Assembly (NCBI GenBank): GCA_005768725.1 | Contig: VAFM01000002.1 | Coordinates: 438,512 to 502,511, forward strand | Reading direction: 5' to 3' | DNA length: 64,000 nucleotides | Source: Blastochloris viridis | Lineage (GTDB): Bacteria > Pseudomonadota > Alphaproteobacteria > UBA2136 > UBA6156 | Shown: positions 33,447-45,812 of the stretch, one piece after another | Layout: each line of letters opens with the position of its first letter | How positions within the stretch are numbered: position 1 is the stretch's first letter | Position numbers and translations under genes: made by a program | The notes under the pieces: generated by a model | Seen by the model: the letters and a program-made list of their open reading frames with translations, nothing else | Database searches by the model: none | What the model was told of the DNA's origin: nothing

Positions 33447-34103
33447 TTACTCAGCCTTCGGTGCTTCGGCAGCCGGGGCAGCTTCGGCGGTGGCAGCGGC
33501 ATCGGCAGCTTCGTCAGCTATGTTGCTGGCGCGGGTGGAAACCACGCTGGCAATGGTCAGGTCGCGGTCGGTCACGGCCGGCTTGACGCCTTCCGGCAGC
33601 TTGATGTTGGACAGGTGAACGCTGTCACCGATTTCCAGTTCAGCAACGGAAACAACCAGTTCTTCCGGAATGCTGTCGGCGCGGCAGATCACTTCGATCT
33701 GGGTTTCGATCAGCTGCAGTACGCCACCGATCTTGATGCCCGGGCTCAGCTCTTCGCCTTCCAGACGCACGGTCACGTTGACGTGAACGATGCTCTTCGG
33801 GTTGTAGGGGATGAAGTCGACGTGCAGCGGCAGGTCGGTGACCGGGTCGCGCTGGATGTCGCGGGCCAGAACCTTAACGGCCTTGCCATCAAGGCTCAGC
33901 TCGTGGTTGTGGGTAAAGAAGTGGCCCTTGCGCAGGCTGGCAGCCAGGTCGGTGGCCTTGATGGCGATGGACTGGCTGTCTTCGCCCTTCTTGTAGATAA
34001 CAGCCGGCAGATAGCCGTTGCGACGCAGTTCGCGGGCGGCGCCCTTGCCGGACTTCGGCTTGGCGATGGCGGCGATCACGCTGTGGGTGGAGGTTGCGTT
34101 CAT
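33447..34103 (-). CDS. rplY: 50S ribosomal protein L25 / general stress protein Ctc
   Basis: KPKSGKGAARELRRNGYLPAVIYKKGEDSQSIAI..., 218 aa with an Ala/Glu-rich tail. Confidence 0.9.
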   Translation of the reverse strand: MNATSTHSVIAAIAKPKSGKGAARELRRNGYLPAVIYKKGEDSQSIAIKATDLAASLRKGHFFTHNHELSLDGKAVKVLARDIQRDPVTDLPLHVDFIPYNPKSIVHVNVTVRLEGEELSPGIKIGGVLQLIETQIEVICRADSIPEELVVSVAELEIGDSVHLSNIKLPEGVKPAVTDRDLTIASVVSTRASNIADEAADAAATAEAAPAAEAPKAE

Positions 34104-34200
34104 AGACGTAAACCTTTCTTATACTTGGAACTCTTTTCCGGCCGGCATGACCCCATGTCATGCAACCCGTTGCCCAGAGAACCTTTAGGCTGCCTGCCTT

Positions 34201-34629
34201 TTACTCAGAGACCAGAGTAACGTCAAGGGTTTCGCGCAGGGTTTCCACCATTTTTACAAGGGCATCGGCATCGTAGGGGATGGCCTCGGCATTGCCCCAT
34301 ACCGGCTTGGGCCAGCAGGCATCATCTTTAAAGCGCGCAATCAGGTGAATATGCAGCTGCGGCACCATGTTGCCGATGGCGCCCATGTTCATCTTGTCGG
34401 CGCCGGTCAGGTCGCGCAGACCATCGTGAGCGGCCCGCACTTCCTCCATCACCGGCAGGTAGTCCTGTTCAGGCATATCGGTCAGGTCGCGCAGCGCCGT
34501 GCGCTTGGGCACCAGAATCAGCCACGGGAATTGCGAGAACTGCTTGTTCAGCAGCACGCGGCAAATGGGGTAATCGCCAACTACAGCGCAGTCATTGGCC
34601 AGTTGGGGGTGCAGGGTAAACATCGGCAT
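34201..34629 (-). CDS. HIT (histidine triad) family protein
   Basis: 142 aa with a QLHIHLIARF triad-like motif. Confidence 0.8.
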   Translation of the reverse strand: MPMFTLHPQLANDCAVVGDYPICRVLLNKQFSQFPWLILVPKRTALRDLTDMPEQDYLPVMEEVRAAHDGLRDLTGADKMNMGAIGNMVPQLHIHLIARFKDDACWPKPVWGNAEAIPYDADALVKMVETLRETLDVTLVSE

Positions 34630-34718
34630 ATCCTTCTTAAAGTACCCTGTTATACAACCCCGCCCCTACAAGCGGCAATCCTTTCCTTACCCATGCACTT
34701 TTTGGGTGTATTCCAGCC

Positions 34719-34747
34719 TTGTCAGGCACTGTCTATAGGGGTATAAC
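34719..34747 (+). promoter_or_regulatory. Sigma70-type promoter candidate for sufB
   Basis: TTGTCA-N17-TATAAC, 44 nt upstream of the sufB ATG. Confidence 0.4.
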
Positions 34748-34767
34748 CCCGCATGTTACTAGGTTAT
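34743..34767. promoter_or_regulatory. Inverted repeat ATAACC-N13-GGTTAT overlapping the -10 (candidate Rrf2/IscR-type operator)
   Basis: Read directly from the sequence. Only the outer positions fit the published IscR type-2 pattern AxxxCC...GGxxxT. Confidence 0.3.
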
Positions 34768-34790
34768 TAAAGCGGAATAAAAGACGACAC

Positions 34791-36272
<1,482 letters not shown>

Positions 36273-36298
36273 TGCCCGCCCTCAACCGCATCCGCATG

Positions 36299-36328
36299 CA
36301 AAAAGCCCCACCGGTTACGGCAGGGCTT
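36299..36328 (-). terminator. Rho-independent terminator for the antisense small ORF
   Basis: On the minus strand: AAGCCC(TGCCGTAACCGGTG)GGGCTTTTT. Confidence 0.55.
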
Positions 36329-36340
36329 ATGCAAACGCGT

Positions 36341-36553
36341 TCAATGGCACGTCTCGCAGAGTCCGTGGACAACATCGGTCACACGCACTGGACGACCATG
36401 TTCATGGCAGCACTTCACAAAACGAAGGCTTTCTTCCAGATTCGGAAGCTGTTCGGGGTCGGGGCAGGCCGTCATCAGGTCAGCCATCGAACCCAGAACA
36501 CGGGCATTGATCAAACTTTTCATGAACGTCATGTGTTTCTGCGTGGGGTTCAT
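36341..36553 (-). CDS. 70-aa Cys/His-rich protein encoded antisense between sufB and sufC
   Basis: MNPTQKH...VKCCHEHGRPVRVTDVVHGLCETCH. SD GGGAGGGAG 8 nt upstream of the ATG and its own terminator. Confidence 0.5.
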   Translation of the reverse strand: MNPTQKHMTFMKSLINARVLGSMADLMTACPDPEQLPNLEESLRFVKCCHEHGRPVRVTDVVHGLCETCH

Positions 36554-36629
36554 GTGAATATCTCCCTCCCAAACAAGTAAACCTTACATAAGCCTTTCCA
36601 ATTCAAATTTCAAGTCGGAGCCTAAAAGT

Positions 36630-37391
36630 ATGAGCCTTCTCACCATCCAGAACCTGCACGCCACGGTCGAAGAAGCCGGTAAAACCATCCTGCACGGTTT
36701 GTCGCTGGAGATTCCCGCCGGCCAGGTCCACGCCATCATGGGCCCCAACGGCGCCGGTAAATCCACGCTGGGCTACACGCTGGCGGGCCGCGACGGCTAC
36801 ACCGTCACCGAAGGCGACATCGTCGTCGACGGCGAATCGGTGCTGGAGGCCGAAGCCGACGAACGCGCCCGCAAAGGCCTCTTCCTCGCCTTCCAGTATC
36901 CGGTGGAACTGCCGGGCGTGAACACCGCCGCCTTCCTGCGCACCGCCGTCAATGCCCACCGTGCCGAACGCGGTGAACCGGAACTCTCCGCCCTCGAATT
37001 TCTGAAACTCTGCCGCGCCGAGATGAAGAACCTCAACATGAGCGAAGACTTCCTCACTCGCAGCGTCAACACCGGCTTTTCGGGTGGCGAGAAGAAGCGT
37101 TTCGAGATCCTGCAGATGGCCCTGCTGCAACCGAAGGTCGCGGTGCTGGATGAAACCGATTCCGGCCTCGACATCGACGCCCTCAAAATCGTCGCCGAAG
37201 GCGTCAACCGCCTGCGTCAACAAGACCGCGCGTTCCTCGTCATCACCCACTACCAGCGCCTGCTCGACTACATCAAGCCGGACGTCGTGCACATCATGGC
37301 AAACGGTAAGATCGTCAAAAGCGGCGGCCCGGAACTGGCCCTGCAACTGGAAGCCGAAGGCTACGAAAACCTGCTGAAAGGCGCCGCCTAA
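36630..37391 (+). CDS. sufC: Fe-S cluster assembly ATPase SufC
   Basis: [10 protein letters not shown] Walker A, FSGGEKKR signature, LDETDSGLD Walker B. Confidence 0.96.
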   Translation: MSLLTIQNLHATVEEAGKTILHGLSLEIPAGQVHAIMGPNGAGKSTLGYTLAGRDGYTVTEGDIVVDGESVLEAEADERARKGLFLAFQYPVELPGVNTAAFLRTAVNAHRAERGEPELSALEFLKLCRAEMKNLNMSEDFLTRSVNTGFSGGEKKRFEILQMALLQPKVAVLDETDSGLDIDALKIVAEGVNRLRQQDRAFLVITHYQRLLDYIKPDVVHIMANGKIVKSGGPELALQLEAEGYENLLKGAA

Positions 37392-37393
37392 TC

Positions 37394-38641
37394 ATGGCCA
37401 CCGCCGCTGCCCGTACCCCGGAAATTCTCCCTGCACGCCCGCAGCTCAATCTGCCGCGCGAGCCATGGAAATTCACCAACCTGCAACGCGTGGTCGATAC
37501 CCTCGCCTGCACCGAGCTCTGCACCACCATCGGCTGCCTGGAAGCCGCACTGCCGGTCGTCTCCGGCCCGCAATACGTCTTCCATAACGGCGCACTGGCC
37601 GAGAATCTCTCCGGTTCCGCCATCCTCGCCCACGGCGTCACCCTGCACACCACCACCACCGATGATGTGCTCAGCCGCTCGCTGGATGCCCTCGACACCC
37701 TGCCCCTCACTGCTGGCGTCACCCACACGTTCAAGGTCACCGGTAAGGGCAAACTACCGCTGCACCTCATCCATGTCGCCAGTGGCGAGCCCTCCACCAG
37801 CCGCTTCCGTATCGAACTCGAGGCCGGTGCCGAACTGACGCTGATCGAACACCAGGTCGCCGCCCCGCACTTCACCACCTGGCAGAACCTGAGTGTCGAG
37901 GTTGTCCTCGCCGAAGGCGCCATCCTCACGCACAGCGTGCAGCAAACCCTCCCCGCCACCTGCGTGCTCTCGCGCCGCACGTTCGTAAAATTGGCCGACA
38001 CCGCCACCTACACCGCCACCACGTTCCAGTCGGGCGGTACCTTCAGCCGTATCGAGACCCACGCCGAACTGGCCTCCAACACGTCTTTCCGCCACATCGG
38101 CCTCAGCCTCGCCCGCCGCGAGCAGCACCACGACTGCACCTTGCACGTCCATCACACAGGCACGGCCAACAGCACGCACATCCGCCAGCGTAACCTGATA
38201 GACGACAAGGCCCACGCGGTTTTTCAGGGCAAATTCCATGTCGACCAGGCCGCCCAGAAGACCGATGCCTACATGCACTGCCACAACCTGCTGCTGAACG
38301 ACACCGCCCGCGCCAGCCACAAGCCGGAGCTGGAGATTTACGCCGACGATGTGAAATGCTCGCACGGCGCCGCCACCGGCGGCCTCAACGCCAATCAGCT
38401 GTTTTACCTGGAGGCCCGCGGCTTCATGCCCGCCCAGGCCACCTCCCTGCTGACCGAAGGCTTTGTGAATGAGTTCATCGACGAATTCCCCGAAGTCCTG
38501 CAAAAAAACATGGGCGCCGCTCTCTTCGCATGGCAGACGAATACCGTCGATACCTCCGACCCCACCCCGGACTTCGGCATGGACGCCATCCGCCGCGAAA
38601 CCAACCTGCCCCTCACGCCGGAAATCATCATCGAGTCATAA
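37394..38641 (+). CDS. sufD: Fe-S cluster assembly protein SufD
   Basis: 415 aa in the position between sufC and sufS. C-terminal beta-helix blocks (PELEIYADDVKCSHGAATG, LFYLEARG). Confidence 0.9.
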   Translation: MATAAARTPEILPARPQLNLPREPWKFTNLQRVVDTLACTELCTTIGCLEAALPVVSGPQYVFHNGALAENLSGSAILAHGVTLHTTTTDDVLSRSLDALDTLPLTAGVTHTFKVTGKGKLPLHLIHVASGEPSTSRFRIELEAGAELTLIEHQVAAPHFTTWQNLSVEVVLAEGAILTHSVQQTLPATCVLSRRTFVKLADTATYTATTFQSGGTFSRIETHAELASNTSFRHIGLSLARREQHHDCTLHVHHTGTANSTHIRQRNLIDDKAHAVFQGKFHVDQAAQKTDAYMHCHNLLLNDTARASHKPELEIYADDVKCSHGAATGGLNANQLFYLEARGFMPAQATSLLTEGFVNEFIDEFPEVLQKNMGAALFAWQTNTVDTSDPTPDFGMDAIRRETNLPLTPEIIIES

Positions 38642-38644
38642 GCC

Positions 38645-39841
38645 ATGGATGCCACCAGCCACTTTCCCGCCCTCACCGTTCAGCCCTACGGAAAGCGCCT
38701 GGCCTTCCTCGATAGCGCTGCAAGCGCCCACAAGCCGACCGCGGTCATAAACGCCCTCACAGAGGCTCTCAGCGGCCCCTACGCCAATATTCACCGCGGT
38801 CTCTACCACAATAGTGCCGAAACCACCGCGGCATTCGAAAACGCCCGCAGCACACTCGCCACTTTCTTCGGTGCCAAGCCGGACGAACTGGTCTTCACCC
38901 GCAACAGTACCGAAGCCATCAACCTCGTCGCCCAGACCTGGGGCCGCGCCAACCTCACGGCATCCGATACCGTGGTGCTGACCGAGATCGAGCACCACGC
39001 CAACATCGTGCCGTGGCAACTGCTGCAGAAGGAGATCGGCTTCACCATCAAGGTGTTGCCCCTCGCCCTGCTGGTAAACCCCAGCCCGATTGACCTGTAT
39101 CCGTATTTCGAGGACGCCAAACTGCTGGCCATCACCGCCATGTCCAACGTCACCGGCCTGCGCCCCAACCTGCCCGTCCTGCTGCATGCCGCCCGTACCG
39201 AGGGCCTCACCACACTGGTCGATGCCTCCCAGTCCGTGGTCCACGGACCTGTTCCCTTCCCGTTGGTGGGGGCCGACTTCATCGTCTGCACCGCCCACAA
39301 ACTCTACGGCCCCAACGGCATCGGCCTGCTCTGGGCTCAGCCGGAAACACTCAATGCCATGCCTCCCTATCAGGGCGGCGGCGATATGATCGAAACGGTA
39401 AGCCTGCCACTCGGCACCACCTTCGCTCACGGCAACGCCAAGTTCGAAGCCGGCACCCCCGCCATCGCCGAGGCCATCGCCTTCGGTGCTGCGGCCGACT
39501 TTATCTCCGGCCTCGGCTGGGAAACCATCACCGCGCATGAAAAAGCCCTCGCCGAAGAACTGAGCCAGACACTGTCCGACCTGCCCTTCATCACGGTGTA
39601 CAGCCCGGCCCACACCGGTATCGCCGCATTTAATATCGAAGGCGCCCACGCCGCGGATGTAGCGACTTTACTCGACCAGCAGGGCGTCGCCGTCCGCAGC
39701 GGCCACCACTGCGCCATGCCCTACATGAAGATGCTGGGCATCGAAGGCTGCCTCCGTGCCAGCCTCGCGCTCTATTCCTCCAGCCGCGACATCGCCCAAC
39801 TGGCCGAAGCTCTCCACAAAGCGGCCAAGATCCTGCTCTAA
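38645..39841 (+). CDS. sufS: Cysteine desulfurase SufS
   Basis: HHANIVPW, the PLP lysine context CTAHKLYGP, and the catalytic loop RSGHHCAMP. Confidence 0.93.
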   Translation: MDATSHFPALTVQPYGKRLAFLDSAASAHKPTAVINALTEALSGPYANIHRGLYHNSAETTAAFENARSTLATFFGAKPDELVFTRNSTEAINLVAQTWGRANLTASDTVVLTEIEHHANIVPWQLLQKEIGFTIKVLPLALLVNPSPIDLYPYFEDAKLLAITAMSNVTGLRPNLPVLLHAARTEGLTTLVDASQSVVHGPVPFPLVGADFIVCTAHKLYGPNGIGLLWAQPETLNAMPPYQGGGDMIETVSLPLGTTFAHGNAKFEAGTPAIAEAIAFGAAADFISGLGWETITAHEKALAEELSQTLSDLPFITVYSPAHTGIAAFNIEGAHAADVATLLDQQGVAVRSGHHCAMPYMKMLGIEGCLRASLALYSSSRDIAQLAEALHKAAKILL

Positions 39842-39869
39842 AAAACCGGCCCGCAGGCCGGTTTTTTTT
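39841..39869. terminator. Bidirectional rho-independent terminator (sufS / clpB)
   Basis: AAAAACCGGCC-CGCA-GGCCGGTTTTTTTT. Confidence 0.85.
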
Positions 39870-39873
39870 ACCT

Positions 39874-42453
<2,580 letters not shown>

Positions 42454-42492
42454 AGGTCAGTCCTCCTCATAGATGGCTTATAGCAAACTCCA

Positions 42493-42519
42493 TTAGCACT
42501 CACATGTCAAGAGTGACAA
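42493..42519. promoter_or_regulatory. CIRCE-like inverted repeat (HrcA operator) upstream of clpB
   Basis: TTAGCACTC-N9-GAGTGACAA versus the consensus TTAGCACTC-N9-GAGTGCTAA. It lies 40-66 nt upstream of the clpB ATG. Confidence 0.55.
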
Positions 42520-42845
42520 TATAGATCAACAAACGAAGCTAAACCCGTGAAACAGCACATCTGCCACAGGGGGTTAGTGCCGCATTCAGGAAAAACTTGT
42601 CAGCCGAATTGGTAAACGGCACCATACACCTAAGCCAACCACCAAAGCGTTTCTTCGGAAGCGTGGCGGTACAAGCAAGGAGGGCGAATGCAATGATCCA
42701 GCACACAACGAAAGGAGGTGGTCCAATGAATAGCATCACAAATGAGGGTATCTCAGGACGGACGACTTCCACGAATAAGGTGACGACCGCCTAGTTTCGG
42801 CTAGCCGGCGCACCTCAGGCAGGTCCGCCTTGCCTCAGAGATGCG

Positions 42846-42873
42846 AGGGCGCCCCGCGAGGGGCGCCCTTTCT
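42846..42873 (+). terminator. Terminator-like 10-bp GC hairpin in an unassigned region
   Basis: AGGGCGCCCC-GCGA-GGGGCGCCCT followed by TTCTC (a weak T tract). Confidence 0.4.
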
Positions 42874-42917
42874 CATGCCCACTAGTCAAATCAGTCCGTT
42901 CGGCCTATATAAACCCC

Positions 42918-43157
42918 ATGAGCGAACCGATTTCCAAACCCTGCGAGCACTGCGGCGAACCGATCGTCCAGACGCGCAATACCAAGGCCGAGTGGGACAC
43001 CATCCGGTTTTGCAGCACCCGCTGCCGCCGGGTCTTTAACCGCAAGGCCTTCCAGAACGGTACGTTCATCGAGGACGAACCGGAACCGACCAAGATCGAA
43101 ATGCCGAATCCGCACGTCAACTGGCGTCCCAAGGGCAAAAAACACCAGCCGAAATAA
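42918..43157 (+). CDS. Small zinc-ribbon protein (DUF2256-like)
   Basis: CEHCGEPI...WDTIRFCSTRCRR resembles the CxxC...W[DE]xxxYCSxxCR pattern of DUF2256. Confidence 0.55.
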   Translation: MSEPISKPCEHCGEPIVQTRNTKAEWDTIRFCSTRCRRVFNRKAFQNGTFIEDEPEPTKIEMPNPHVNWRPKGKKHQPK

Positions 43158-43209
43158 AGCGTAACGCTGGATTTCCAGCCAACACCCTGCTAGATTCTAC
43201 CTAAGAGTG

Positions 43210-43368
43210 CGCCAACCAACGGTTGGCGTTCGTTTCGGCCCCGGAATTCGCTGTGCAGGAGGGATTTTTGATTTTCTCCGCAGACGCGAGCACCGCAAGT
43301 GTACAAACAAGTACATGCGGAGCGCAGGGGCAAGGAAAAATCAAAAAGCACCCTGCACAGTAGAATTC
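43210..43368 (+). repeat. Nested-hairpin repeat, divergent copy D
   Basis: A short hairpin CGCCAACC-AAC-GGTTGGCG, then a 125-nt hairpin (GAATTC..CTGTGCAGG..GATTTTTGATTTT..CTCCGCA / TGCGGAG..AAAATCAAAAAGC..CCTGCACAG..GAATTC) with the apex GTGTAC-AAACAA-GTACAT. Confidence 0.7.
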
Positions 43369-43373
43369 GGATC

Positions 43374-45164
43374 ATGAAGAAGCACTTAATCACCTCAGCT
43401 ATTCCCTATGTAAACGGCGTTAAGCACTTAGGTAACCTCGTCGGCTCCATGCTCCCCGCCGACGTCTACAGCCGCTTCCGCCGCCAGTTGGGCCAACTCG
43501 ATGGCTCCGCCACGCTGTTCATTTGCGGTACCGACGACCACGGCACACCGGTGGAGATTGCCGCCCAGAAGGAAAACACCCCGGTGGCCGACTTTGTGAA
43601 GCACTGGCACGACTTCCAGGCCGACATCTACACCCGTTTCGGCCTCAGCTTCGACCACTTCGGTTCATCCTCCAGTCCGCAGAACCGCGTCCTCACCCAG
43701 CATTTTGCCCAAAAATTGAAGGACGCCGGTCTCATCGACGTCCGCACTCAGACCATGCTCTACAGCAAGGCCGACGGCCGCTTCCTGCCGGACCGCTACG
43801 TCGAGGGCGAATGCCCCAAATGTCACTTCGGCAAGGCCCGTGGCGACCAGTGCGACAACTGTGGCTCGGTGCTCGACCCCACCGACCTCATCAATCCCTA
43901 CTCCAGCATTTCGGGCAGCCGCGACCTCGAACTGAAGGACAGCAAACACCTGTACCTCAAGCAGTCGCAACTGGTCGACAAACTCCGCACCTGGATCGAC
44001 GCGCAGGACTGGCCGAACCTTAGCAAATCGATCGCCTACAAGTGGCTGGATGAAGGCCTGGAAGACCGCGGCATCACCCGCGACATCAAATGGGGTGTAC
44101 CGGTGCCGCCAGAGGTCTTCGGCGACGACTTTGCCGACAAAGTCTTTTACGTCTGGTTCGACGCGCCCATCGCCTACATCGCCGCCACCAAGGAGTGGGC
44201 CGACAAACAGGGGCTGGACGACTCCGCCTGGCGCGACGACTGGTGGTTCGGCAACCCGGATGTCGAGTACACCGAGTTCATGGGCAAGGATAACGTCTAC
44301 TTCCACACTCTCTCCTTCCCCGCCACTCTCATCGGCAGCGGTGAACCCTGGAAGAAGGTCGATACCCTCAAATCCTTCAACTGGCTCACCTACTATGGCG
44401 GCAAATTCTCCACCTCCATGGGGGTCGGCATTTTCACCGATACCGCCCTGGAACTGCTGGAAAACATCGACAACGGCCCGGACTACTGGCGCTACTACCT
44501 TATCGCCCGCACACCGGAGTCCGACGACAGCGCCTTCATGTGGCCGGACTTCCAGGCCGTGGTGAACAAGGACCTCGCCGACGTGCTGGGCAACTTCATC
44601 AACCGCACGCTTCAGTTCACACACAAGAATTTCGGCACCAGCGTTCCCGCCTCCTCCGGTACCTACACCGAGGCCGACCAGGCCTGCGCCAAGCGCCTCA
44701 ACGATATCCTCGTGCGCTACACCACGCACATGGAGCGTGCCGAGATGCGCAAATCGCAGGAAGCCCTGCGCGAACTCTGGGTTGCCGGCAACGAGTATCT
44801 GGCCGAACAGGAACCGTGGAAGGTCATCAAGACCGATAAAGACCGCGCCGCGACCATCCTCAATCTGGCGATCCACATGATCGTGCTCTACGCCCGCGCC
44901 ATGGCGCCCATCTGCCCGTTCTCGGCCGCCAAGATCATGGCCCTGTTCCCGGAGCTTGAGGCCCCGACCAGCATGGTACCCGCCGCCAAAGGCATGCCCG
45001 CCCACATCAACACGCCGTGGGCCTGGCCGCGTAGCCTGCAAGACTTCCACGGAACCCTGCCGCAGCTCACCACCTTCACCCTGCCCGAAGGCGTGCTCTT
45101 CCCCAAAATCGCCGACGAACAGATCGCCGAATGGGAACAGCGCTTCGGCAACCAGAAAATCTAG
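43374..45164 (+). CDS. metG: Methionyl-tRNA synthetase
   Basis: ITSAIPYVNGVKHLGNLVG (HIGH region), CPKC...CDNCG zinc knuckle, KFSTSMGVG (KMSKS region). I chose the ATG at 43374. Confidence 0.93.
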   Translation: MKKHLITSAIPYVNGVKHLGNLVGSMLPADVYSRFRRQLGQLDGSATLFICGTDDHGTPVEIAAQKENTPVADFVKHWHDFQADIYTRFGLSFDHFGSSSSPQNRVLTQHFAQKLKDAGLIDVRTQTMLYSKADGRFLPDRYVEGECPKCHFGKARGDQCDNCGSVLDPTDLINPYSSISGSRDLELKDSKHLYLKQSQLVDKLRTWIDAQDWPNLSKSIAYKWLDEGLEDRGITRDIKWGVPVPPEVFGDDFADKVFYVWFDAPIAYIAATKEWADKQGLDDSAWRDDWWFGNPDVEYTEFMGKDNVYFHTLSFPATLIGSGEPWKKVDTLKSFNWLTYYGGKFSTSMGVGIFTDTALELLENIDNGPDYWRYYLIARTPESDDSAFMWPDFQAVVNKDLADVLGNFINRTLQFTHKNFGTSVPASSGTYTEADQACAKRLNDILVRYTTHMERAEMRKSQEALRELWVAGNEYLAEQEPWKVIKTDKDRAATILNLAIHMIVLYARAMAPICPFSAAKIMALFPELEAPTSMVPAAKGMPAHINTPWAWPRSLQDFHGTLPQLTTFTLPEGVLFPKIADEQIAEWEQRFGNQKI

Positions 45165-45166
45165 AC

Positions 45167-45733
45167 ATGTCCCCCACGCGCGCCTTCACCTTCGTCCGCC
45201 ACGGCCAGACCGACTGGAACCTCGAAGGTCGCATGCAGGGCCATACCGATATCCCGCTGAATGCCACCGGCATCGAACAGGCCCACGCCGCCGCTAAACG
45301 GCTCACGTCCGGCAGCTTCACGCGCATCATCGCCAGCCCCCTCTCCCGCGCCCGCATCACGGCCGAGATCATCGCCGCAGCCCACAACCTGCCATTAGAG
45401 CTGTGCGACCAACTGAAGGAACGCACCTTCGGCAGCCTCGAAGGTGAACTGCGTGACGAGATCCGCCGCAAACACATGTTGGGCGAAGATCAGGACTTCA
45501 ACAGCATCCTCCCCGCCGATGCCGAACAATGGCCGCAAACCCAACTCCGCAGCCAGCAGGCCATCGCCAAATGGCTGAGCGCATACCCGGAGGAAAACAT
45601 CCTTTTCGTCGGGCATGGCGCCTTCTTCCGCGCGCTGTACGAAGCCCTCGGCGGCCCCTACATGGAAGCCCGCAACGCCACGCCCTACCACTTCCAGCCC
45701 ACCGCATCCGGCTGGCAACTTACCACTCTTTAG
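45167..45733 (+). CDS. Histidine phosphatase family protein (phosphoglycerate-mutase-like)
   Basis: FVRHGQTDWNLEGRMQGHTDIPLNATG (RHG motif). It starts 3 nt after the metG stop. Confidence 0.8.
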   Translation: MSPTRAFTFVRHGQTDWNLEGRMQGHTDIPLNATGIEQAHAAAKRLTSGSFTRIIASPLSRARITAEIIAAAHNLPLELCDQLKERTFGSLEGELRDEIRRKHMLGEDQDFNSILPADAEQWPQTQLRSQQAIAKWLSAYPEENILFVGHGAFFRALYEALGGPYMEARNATPYHFQPTASGWQLTTL

Positions 45734-45812
45734 GGCTTGTATCCGCGTCGCTTCACCCTACATTAGGGACATATCATCATTCCTCTTTTTTCTCTTATAA
45801 AGGCCAACGCAT

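Noticed and set aside
42520-42880. tmRNA, RNase P RNA or SRP RNA in the clpB-upstream spacer
   Set aside because: There is no T-arm GGTTCGA motif or plausible tag ORF (tmRNA), no GAGGAAAGTCC-type box (RNase P) and no SRP domain-IV GGAA/AGCA motif. It is kept only as an unassigned ncRNA candidate.
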